NCBI GenBank assembly: GCA_051294375.1
Contig: JBJCIZ010000813.1
Span: forward strand, 1 to 10,013
Direction: 5' to 3'
DNA length: 10,013 nucleotides
Source of the DNA: Paraspadella gotoi
Lineage: Eukaryota; Animalia; Chaetognatha
Shown here: positions 1 to 7,649 of the stretch, one piece after another
Layout of the letters: the number at the start of each line of letters is the position of its first letter
Position numbering within the stretch: the stretch's first letter is position 1
The notes under the pieces: model-generated
What the model saw: only the letters and a program-made list of their open reading frames with translations
The model's database searches: none
Told to the model about the DNA's origin: nothing
Translations under genes and position numbers: made by a program

Positions 1-152
1 AATTTGAAAACTTTTAACTTGCCCACACTTGACGAGAAAAACTCGATCTCGTAAATTTTTCGAGGATCGAGAGAAATTTAGCGAACAAGACGTTCAGAGG
101 AATTTTCAAATCGGATAGGGACTGGTATAGTAGTGAAACTAAAAAAGAGAAA

Positions 153-155
<3 letters not shown>

Positions 156-187
<32 letters not shown>

Positions 188-195
188 GAGAGAGA
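156..195. repeat. (AG)n microsatellite
   Basis: Perfect AG run 156-185, continued after TT at 188-195. It explains the SLSLSL ORFs 14..247 and 78..314. Confidence 0.97.
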
Positions 196-480
196 AAGAC
201 CTTGCAAACCAAAGGGTCCCGAACAAAAGAAAAGAAGAGAGCTCCAAATTTCGCTAATTTGGCTGTTGTGAGAAATCGTGTGTGTGAAGCCGCTCCTTCC
301 AAGACGAGCTCCATCTTTCTTTTTTCTTTTATTTGATTCTTTTTAGTCGAATCTTTTTATCAGCAGATCCCGACTCTATAATCACTTTGTCGGTCGGTCT
401 GTCCGCCCTCTCAATCTTGTGGGGCATTCACTTATATCATGTCATAATCGAATTATGATAAATTATGCAAAAAAAATGAT

Positions 481-521
481 GTCCGTCCGTCTGTCTGTCT
501 GTCTGTCTGTCTATCTGTCCG
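481..521. repeat. (GTCC/GTCT)n tetranucleotide microsatellite
   Basis: gtccgtccgtctgtctgtctgtctgtctgtctatctgtccg, read directly. Confidence 0.95.
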
Positions 522-720
522 TTTCCCCTTAGCAAAAAACTTCAATTACTCGTGATTGGATGGATGGATTGAAATGAAATTTTGTGTGTGGTTAGGAAAG
601 TGTGAGATTGAGCAGGATATAAAGTTTAGATGGAATGAAGGAGTGAAAATGAGTTTGCATAAAAAAAAATTGAATTTTTATTATTTATGCTTAATCAAAA
701 ATGCTCGACTTAATTAATTA

Positions 721-975
721 AAGTGAAAAAATGATGCAATTTGTAAAAATGATGCAAGTTAAAAAATGATGCGAGTAGCAAAAATTATGAAAGGTAAAAA
801 AAATGATGCAAGTGTAAAAACTGATCAAAGTTTAAAAATGATCCGAGTTGAAAAAAGATTTGAGTTAAAAATATGATGCAGGTTAAAAAAATGATGTGAA
901 TTTAAAAAATTATGCAAGTTGAAAAAATCATTTGAGTTAAAAAAATGATGCAAATTAAAAAAATTGATTCAAGTT
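721..975. repeat. Minisatellite, ~19-20 bp unit (consensus ~AAAAAATGATGCAAGTT), about 12-13 copies
   Basis: Repeated aaaaatgatgcaagtt / aaaaatgatgcgagta / aaaaattatgcaagtt units inside the HINE-like element. Confidence 0.9.
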
Positions 976-2364
976 TGGTTTAGTATGGCATGATCTGTTA
1001 GGATCACAAATTAAAAGAATTATCGTTATTAGCCGGATCTGCTTACAGCAGATCTCGGCTCTATAATTTACTTATGGCGGTTGATTTTTTTTTTTTCTTG
1101 TTTTTTTTTTTTGCGATCCACACCAATCTCATTTCAAAATTTGTTGCAAAATAATTGTCTTTATTTTCACATAGAGATATCTTTGTAAACATGATTATGT
1201 CTTAATATTGCCATAATAACTTTTTGATTTTAATATAGCAGCTGAGTAGGACACGGATTTCAAATGGGGAGAACAAATCATCATTGAACTGTAGCTTCTA
1301 TAGTTATTAACTTTTTTATTAAATTTGTTTAATTCTCTTAATCATTTTTTTAATAAATTAACTGGTGGATTTTTCTTTGCTGAATAATTTTATTAGTAAA
1401 TGTAACAACAGACTACCAAATTCTCATCAAATGTATTTATGTCCGTAAGAATATTCCTAGCTAAATGCGTTACAACTACCCAGGACTAAAATCCGCGTAG
1501 AATGCAGTCAATTGGGCTAAAAATATGAAAATAAAAAAAAACAATATCATGAATTCATTTTGTTTTATTACTTATTATGCTTTTCCCTTTTAAAAAAACA
1601 ATTCATTGTTCAATACAACAGCTTAGTTTTTGTTTTAATACCTTTATTAGTATATGACTTTCCCCCGCACGTACTATTATAGACGAAATGTTGCAATCGA
1701 TTCGTAGGCGTAATAGGTTTTATGCAAATCATTTGTGTCGTGTGGCTATAAATCATTTTTGTGAATTATTTTTACATGAACATTCGTTTTCCTCAGCGGA
1801 CAACATGACTTCCTGTCGCGCCTCAACTGGGGTCATAACTACCGAGTAACCCCGTTCCAACCAACAGACTTCGCCCAGTCCAGCAGCAAAGTGAAATCTC
1901 ATTCACATTTATTTGGTTTCACGCCCGAGCAAGAAAATCACTTGTGAACGTTTTTAGCGATAGACTCAATGACAAAAAAATTCGGTCACTCATCATTTCA
2001 CGTCATCACTACTTGTACCTGGACATTGTTGAATCATAATTTAATCTACGTTTCATTCATCATAGTAAAATAATAAAAAAAAATTGTACGTATTATGAGG
2101 CGTTTGAAGGTTTTGATTGGCAAAGGTACTGTAGGTTCTTTGTTATTATGATAATAATTAAATAGTTTCGAACGTTATTCCCAAATTTGATGGCCGAAAA
2201 AGACAATTATGTCAGAAATAAAGATAGTTAAGTACTCAAATATTGGTTTTTTGTTGCTAGGCAATAAGCAAAAAGACAAGTTAAATAACAACATTTTTTT
2301 TTCAAATAAGATTAATTTAAAAAAATTTAACACGAGGAAAAAGCTTGTTAGCTGTATTCTAAGG

Positions 2365-2763
2365 GTACAAAGTGCAACTGAGGAATCAAGTGAAAAGTCA
2401 GTGGAAAAAGCTAGGTGGAAAGAAATCGTTAGTCGAAATCTTGCAGTGACTTGCTGTTGAATTTACTCTTACTATAGAATATGATGGATGGCCTTTGCGG
2501 CTTGACATTAAGCAACAGATTGATGGCAGTCAAGTGTTATTGGAAATGAATATATAGATTTTAAGTTTGTTGTAACCAATGTTAACACAATTTCGGGCAT
2601 TCAAGACGAATTCATTGATCGTTTGATAGGGTTTTGAGTCAGTGTAAGGTGTTTAGCCATGTATAGGATTACAACGAGCCCGGCTTTTCCACTCAATTCG
2701 CTTGATATTCAAATACGTGTTCCCGAGTTACGTCCAGAGAGATACCTGATTTTTATCAGTAAT
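2365..2763 (+). CDS. Frameshifted exons resembling the integrin alpha calf-1/calf-2 (leg) region, partial
   Basis: Stitched frames give VQSATEESS...LAVEFTLTIEYDGWPLRLDI...VIGNEYIDFKFV (to 2571, then GTAACC) and ITTSPAFPLNSLDIQIRVPELRPERYLIFISN (2668-2763, then donor GTAAGA). This recalls the integrin-alpha pattern 'S.SEE...DN.V...I.V.Y(D/E)' and 'IG.E....F.(I/V)....FP...L.I.I.VP......L.Y...'. Recognised by eye only and needs at least 2 indels. Confidence 0.45.
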
Positions 2764-3295
2764 GTAAGACCAAGCCGCTTTGGAAAGACTGCGACAGGGC
2801 GGACACTGGTAAAACCGTCTGCCCCTTCGCCCGGTTTTCTACTGGGCGAGCTCTCGCCAAAAGGAAATCAAGTGCACGAGAACAGAATAACAACAACAAT
2901 ACAGACACCGATCGACGTCCACGATTCATGAGGATTTGATTTCTGGGGTCTGAAGAGCTGGAATATTAAATGGACCTGCCCGCTGCCGCTGCCCTCCCCG
3001 ACGCCGCCGCAGCCGAGGCTCGGAAGGGTGTTGAGGAAAGCGTTCTAAGCAGCGAATCCTGTGTAGTTGGATTTTGAATTCATGAATTCGAGTTTGTCTT
3101 TTTAGCCCATGAAAGGAATAAAAAGAACGCTGATATCTGGAGAACCAGTGAAAAAAATGGAGAGGAAAAAAAGGACGGAAGCTTAAAGAGAGAAAGATAA
3201 GGGAAAAGAGGAAAAATAGAAGATAAGATCCCATTTTTAAGGGACAGAAGATATAGAAAAAAAAAAAAGAAGGAACCAATAATTCTGAAGATGAA

Positions 3296-3340
3296 CTAGT
3301 CTCTTTGGCAGCGTGGTTCGAATCCACCGCTGTCACACCA
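3296..3340 (+). pseudogene. 3' half of tRNA-Leu (variable arm, T-arm, acceptor strand) followed by CACCA
   Basis: CTAGTCTCTTTGGCAGCGTGGTTCGAATCCACCGCTGTCA closely matches the 3' half of eukaryotic tRNA-Leu(IAG/UAG) (CCAGTCTCTTCGGAGGCGTGGGTTCGAATCCCACCGCTGCCA, from memory) and has the B-box GGTTCGAATCC. No D-arm or A-box upstream. Confidence 0.7.
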
Positions 3341-3843
3341 CCAAATAAGTAAGTAGACAGGGATTTCGAAGACGAAATTCTAAGTTGATTTAGAAACGGG
3401 TGTCAAGTTCTTGGGAGAGATGAATATCGAATAACAGGTGTGAGTTCCAATTCCCACAGAATACATCGGATTCGCAGGTCATGGTAGAAAATCAACCGGG
3501 CGATGGAAGCCCATCCGATCGAATTGGCCCAGTTTCCCATTTGTCTCTTGACCTTATGAGAAAGTCATTCGTCCTTTCCGGCCTGATTCCTCACCGCCAG
3601 CTCGCCTCTGACTCCCCGATTTAGGACTACTTACGGGAGCGTCTTCGAATTCCTCTGCGATTAGACGTTTGTCAGTCACAAATGGTCGTCGGTCGATGTG
3701 AGAAATCGTGGAAAGGAACCAAGCGAAAAGGATACAATATTATAGATCATTTTATGATACTTATAAATTACATGTCGTCACGATATTCTGGGGAAAATAA
3801 TAATAAAACAGTTATGGCGAGCTGAAATCCACCAACCGTCCAT

Positions 3844-4075
3844 AGCGGACATGGTGCCGGAGGTCAAGTCATTCGCCGATCCCAATCCCAAAGGATCCGG
3901 GGTTCTAGACGCCCGTTGGTCGCCTCGAGCTTACGAGGGGACGTAGGCGCTGTAACCGCCAGTAACGACGGATGTTACAAGGCTTGATCGCAAAGCTCAG
4001 GGATGATTATATTGAACGGTTCTGTGCCACTAATGACATAACCAATAATTACTGTCTCTTCCAGTGTTATTAATT
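3844..4075 (+). mobile_element. tRNA-derived SINE, copy 1
   Basis: Head has A-box-like TGGTGCCGGAGG and B-box-like GGTTCTAGAC (3901-3910). The body aligns along its whole length with 8922-9118 (…GAGGGGAC…GGCGCT…AAGCTCAGG…TTATATTGAACGG…CACTAA…CATAAC…TGTCTCTT…) and ends in an AT-rich tail. Confidence 0.75.
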
Positions 4076-4174
4076 TATTTTTTTTAAGGATGAGAGGCCC
4101 TAGACCTATCTAGGCCTGTTGAAAGTCAAGGGCAGATAGCTTATTTTGTTTGAAACAATGCTAATTTTTTGTAG

Positions 4175-4315
4175 TATTAGTGTTGTACCCGCCCGGGGTG
4201 CACCGAGAGACAACGGAACCTGCATGTCGGTAGCGCGGGGTGCTGTGTCGTCACGGCCCTCGCCTACCTTCTCAACTCGGTCTTTTGGAGCTCCAAACGA
4301 TAAAAATTCTACGAC
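4175..4315 (+). CDS. Putative isolated exon encoding one hydrophobic helix (MARVEL/4-TM-like last helix?)
   Basis: GC-rich island between TTTTTTGTAG/TATTAG acceptors and a GTAAGT donor (4316). It reads CCTRPGCTERQRNLHVGSAGCCVVTALAYLLNSVFWSSKR* (TAA 4301-4303). The family assignment is a loose visual resemblance only. Confidence 0.3.
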
Positions 4316-4499
4316 GTAAGTAATGTATTAAATACGCTGGATAGCTTGATTTTGCACTGCTCTATTACAATCGAGTTAACTTTGCTGTGTAGGTAATTAA
4401 CAGATATTTGGCAAATTATGATTATGAAGATAGAGATTATAAAATACGTAGAAAAAAGGGGAAAAAATAAACGCACATTTCCTAAACTTGCTACGCAAA

Positions 4500-4690
4500 A
4501 GTTTAATAACCAAACCTCGCCCTCATTCTTAACCTTACGTAATCCTCACCGCCTAGCATCATTCCTAATCCTAATCTTTAACCAAATCTCAAAGTAATTA
4601 ACCTAACGAGACTCTTATCCCTACATCCTTATCCGGCTTATCCCTAACTGCCTTAGCCCCTCAACTCTTTCCACCAGCCTACGCACAACA
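4500..4690. repeat. Degenerate CCTAA/TAACCT-rich low-complexity repeat; related tract at 5130-5166
   Basis: cctaatcctaatctttaacc, ttaacctaac, ccctaac here, and ttaacctaaccttaatctaatctttaacctag at 5135-5166. Confidence 0.55.
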
Positions 4691-4804
4691 ACACGTCAAC
4701 TTACTGTCATAACTGCAAATTGGTACAACCAATATAAAAATTATTATCCATTCATCTCAACCTAAATAAGCTATTATGTGGACTAAAATCCACCAACGTT
4801 CATC

Positions 4805-4855
4805 AGCGGCATTGTGCCCGGAGGCAAGTCATTCGCCTCCCAACCCAAAGGTCGG
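4805..4855 (+). mobile_element. tRNA-derived SINE, copy 2 (3'-truncated before the B-box)
   Basis: AGCGGCATTGTGCCCGGAGGCAAGTCATTCGCCTCCCAACCCAAAGGTC aligns with the heads of copies 1 and 3. ATTCGCCTCCCA resembles the tRNA-Gly anticodon arm. Confidence 0.7.
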
Positions 4856-4857
4856 CG

Positions 4858-4976
4858 CACTATATGAGCTTAGTAGGGTGGGATGACGGAAAATATCACA
4901 GGGCCATCGTATCGAGCCAGAACGACTACACTACTATGAGCTTAGTAGGGTGGAGACGGAAAATCCACAGGCCTCG
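4858..4976. repeat. Direct duplication of a ~50-bp unit (4858-4909 and 4929-4976)
   Basis: CACTA(C)TATGAGCTTAGTAGGGTGG(G)A(T)GACGGAAAAT…CACAGG(G)CC(A)TCG occurs twice. Confidence 0.9.
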
Positions 4977-4980
4977 CTAG

Positions 4981-5022
4981 GTAGATTTTAGGTAGATTTT
5001 AGTAGATTTTAGGTCCGCCATA
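4981..5022 (-). repeat. 3x GTAGATTTTA(G) tandem ending in an inverted copy of the TATGGCGGACTAAAATCYAC motif
   Basis: Reverse complement reads TATGGCGGACCTAAAATCTAC, matching 4775-4793 and 3813-3832. Confidence 0.75.
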
Positions 5023-6354
5023 CTAACTTAATCTGGTAATTAACTAAAATAAGCTCACTTTTAAAATTATGGCCAATTTATCCTATAAAATGCATAATGG
5101 AATAAAAGGCAAGATAGATTAATTATAGATAATCTTAACCTAACCTTAATCTAATCTTTAACCTAGAAATACATATTTCGAATTTGAGATAAATGAGGTT
5201 TTTGGGGAAAATAAGGCCAAATCGCGTGGGTCTGTGAGGCTTATCGGTCTGACCTGACCGTTAACCTGTTTTGAGAGTTAAAGCTATCATACAAGTAAAC
5301 CTTTTGGAGAAGCAATTATTTTCGAATCCAGTCGACATTCCAGTTTTAACGACAAAAACAAAAATTTTAGTTTTTATGTTTTATGTCACATTTTTATAGA
5401 TTGTGTCACTTCTAGTATTTCCATTTGGCTCCTGATTAGTAACTGAGTCAAACAATTGGGACCCCTAGGGGTCAGACTTTCTCAAAGGTCGCCCCACTTT
5501 GTCTACCTGCTCCTAAAGATAAGAAGAAAAGACTGGAGGAAGAAACTAAACTCATATTTACCTGCTGGTACAGTTGTAAAATTTACATTATTTTATTATT
5601 TCATTACTTTATGATAGATTTAAATATACTTTTGGGCTTAAAGGGAAAAATGGAAAAAAAATAACTTGAAAACTCCATAGCCTAGCTCTAGTACATATTC
5701 AAAATTATTTTATTTCAAACGACAGCCAAAATAGATTCTTGTTTCAATTTAATTGCTCATTCGAGTTATCAATAAATCATGTTCTGCTAAAGAAAGAAAG
5801 TTAAAACTATGAACCCAGACCAGAGGGTAACGAACGTCATAAATATCTCTGACTTGAGAATTAAAATCTTCGTGTGATGTTTCGAGGCAACTTTGCACTC
5901 AAATCGTCATTTTTAGGTCTTACTAAAAATTAGTGTTCGTAGCCTCTCAGCTCCTTTGCAAATTATTTTGGGTATTTTTTTTTTTAATATTTTAAAACTT
6001 TTTTAAAATTATTTTTGATTCCTGGCCTCCCTAGGGTTTCTAGTCCGAATTGGACCTCTGGAAGGTCTTCCCCACCAGACGACCTTCAATGGACAATTTC
6101 ATAATTCAAGGTAGTAACCCCCCCACCCCCAAAAAAAAAGGTGTTAAGAGATGCGTATCGATGATTTGAAAACCGGTTTTCGCTTAGAAAGAGAAATTGT
6201 CTCCTTCCGTTTCGAATTAAGAAGTCGCGACTGAAAACGAAACCCTGTTTAAATTTTTAAGAAGGTATAAGTTCAAATTGTATTTATTTATAATAATTAA
6301 AATATAATAAATATAATAAAACATTATTATGGTACGAAATTACACATAAATTAG

Positions 6355-6539
6355 GTAAGCCCTTCTTAACTGATATTGTAACGAAGATTATGGTAAAACT
6401 ACGGGGAAAGAGACTAAATGGTTTAAAGACGGGAGTTAAGAAATTTCAATTACGTTATTCGAATTAACTATCCATCTTTGAATTCGTGATAGTAAGAGAT
6501 ATAATTTAAATTGACAAGTACATAATTATACAGTTTCAG
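6355..6539 (+). other. Probable 5'UTR intron of the SOD gene
   Basis: AG|GTAAGC donor at 6355 and TTTCAG acceptor ending at 6539, 21 nt before the ATG at 6561. The acceptor could alternatively be a trans-splice site. Confidence 0.45.
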
Positions 6540-6560
6540 GTTTTATTACTTAACTAAACA

Positions 6561-6830
6561 ATGGACTCCAAAATCGGCTCACTTATTTTGGGAATCAGCA
6601 TCGCGATCAAGCATCGGATTGATCGTCGCCGCGTCATCGTCGTCGCAGTCGATCTCCAGATGGCGACAACGATTCTGCACCAAGAATGCATCTGCAATGT
6701 GCGCGCCTAATCAAAGCATAAAGCTGGACAATCAAACGCCGCGAGGATAATCCCGATCAAGGCAAAGTCGAGATCACTGAAGAGTCGGACCATCGGCTCA
6801 AAGTCGCCCGTCAATTTAATGGGTTTCAAG
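6561..6830 (+). CDS. SOD3: Extracellular-type Cu/Zn superoxide dismutase, coding exon 1 (hydrophobic N-terminus and first beta strands)
   Basis: With indel correction it reads MDSKIGSLILGISIAISIGLIVA(G)VIVVAVDLQ.GDNDSAPRMHLQCARLIK…DNPDQGKVEITEESDHRLKVARQFNGFQ and ends at a phase-1 donor G|GTGAAG. HLQC corresponds to the SOD3 N-terminal Cys (LHAAC), and GKVEITE…LKV…F.GF corresponds to SOD strands 2-3. Contains frameshifts and an apparent TAA at 6719-6721. Confidence 0.75.
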
Positions 6831-6837
6831 GTGAAGA

Positions 6838-7460
6838 ATTGGGGAAGAGATTGAAAATTGGGATTAAATTGGGAAGAGATTGAAAATTGGATTAAATGGG
6901 AAAAGATTGAAAATTGGGATTAAATTGGGGAGAGATTGAAATTTGGGAATAAATTGGGGAAGAGATTGAAAATTGGGATTAAATTGGGGAAGAGATTGGA
7001 GAATGGGAATAAATTGGGGAAGAGATTGAGAATTGGGGGATAAATTGGGGAGAGTCAGAATTGGGATTAAATTGGGGAAGAGATTGAGAATGGAATTAAA
7101 TTGGGAAGAGATTGAGAATTGGAATTAAATTGGGAAGAGATTGAAATTGGGATTAAATTGGGAAGAGATTGAAATGGGTTAAATTGGGGAAGAGATGAGA
7201 ATGGGGATTAAATGGGGAAGAGATGTGAAAATTGGGATAAATTGGGGAGAGATTGAGAATTGAGATTAAATGGGAAGAGATTGAAAATGATTATGGGTAA
7301 ATGCGATGAGAGATTGGAGGAATTGGAGAGTTGGAATTGGGAATAAATTGGGAGAATTGAAAATTGTAAATTGGGAAGAGGATTGAATTGGGATTAAATT
7401 GGTGAGAGATGAGAATTTGAAAATTTGGATGATTGAAATTGGATGAGATTGAAATTAAAT
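6838..7460. repeat. G-rich intronic minisatellite, ~29-31 bp unit GGGAAGAGATTGAAAATTGGGATTAAATT, about 20 copies, degrading 3'
   Basis: Read directly. Almost no C on the + strand. It begins a few nt after the 6831 donor. Confidence 0.97.
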
Positions 7461-7649
7461 CATTTTCTTGGAATAGACATAAAGTTTAAAACAAACCAAA
7501 AATTCGCAAATCATAGAACATGTTATTCTGACTTCAAGAAACAATAAGATTACATATGTTAAACCCATTATTTTTTCAATTTTGTATTAATATCTCACCA
7601 GCAGAGACAATGACCCTTCCCCACATCCCTCCCCCCACTCCTTTCACAG

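Larger units (their letters stand above)
355..1067 (+). mobile_element. Non-autonomous DINE-1/Helentron-associated (HINE)-like rolling-circle element
   Basis: Starts after TTTTT with CAGCAGATCCCGACTCTATAATCACTTTGTCGGTCGG. It then has a (GTCY)n microsatellite (481-521), a central tandem array (~721-975), an inverted copy of the 5' sub-terminal motif (GGATCTGCT, 1035-1043) and a terminal hairpin AGCCGGATCTGCT-TAC-AGCAGATCTCGGCT (1031-1060). This modular layout matches established DINE-1/HINE architecture. A second partial copy lies at 9923-10013 (-). Confidence 0.7.

Noticed and set aside
14-314. Minus-strand ORFs 14..247 and 78..314
   Set aside because: They are open mainly because of the (AG)n microsatellite and purine-rich flanks, and have no recognisable domain.
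3285-3335. Hammerhead-like CTGAAGA-T-GAAC…GTTC-GAAT
   Set aside because: GAAT replaces GAAA and stems I and III do not form. GTTCGAA is explained by the tRNA T-loop.
2926-3336. 136-aa minus-strand hydrophobic ORF
   Set aside because: The Phe/Leu richness comes from A/G-rich low-complexity sequence, it has no ATG start, and it overlaps the tRNA fragment.
3345-3720. Moderately GC-rich segment as a retroelement or exon
   Set aside because: All frames I read are short and show no RT, gag or other recognisable motif, so it is left unassigned.
5460-5473. Perfect 14-bp palindromes (GACCCCTAGGGGTC here; also 3076-3089 and 6168-6181)
   Set aside because: They are unrelated to each other, their number is not far above chance for 10 kb, and they have no supporting context.
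6778-6805. CTGAAGA followed by a small stem (also CTGAnGA at 2950, 4800 minus, 9102 minus)
   Set aside because: None has the GAAA half of the hammerhead core at the right position, and this one lies in the SOD exon.
6838-7460. CRISPR array or telomere
   Set aside because: It is a head-to-tail tandem with no unique spacers, is not a TTAGG/TTAGGG unit, and sits in a eukaryotic intron.
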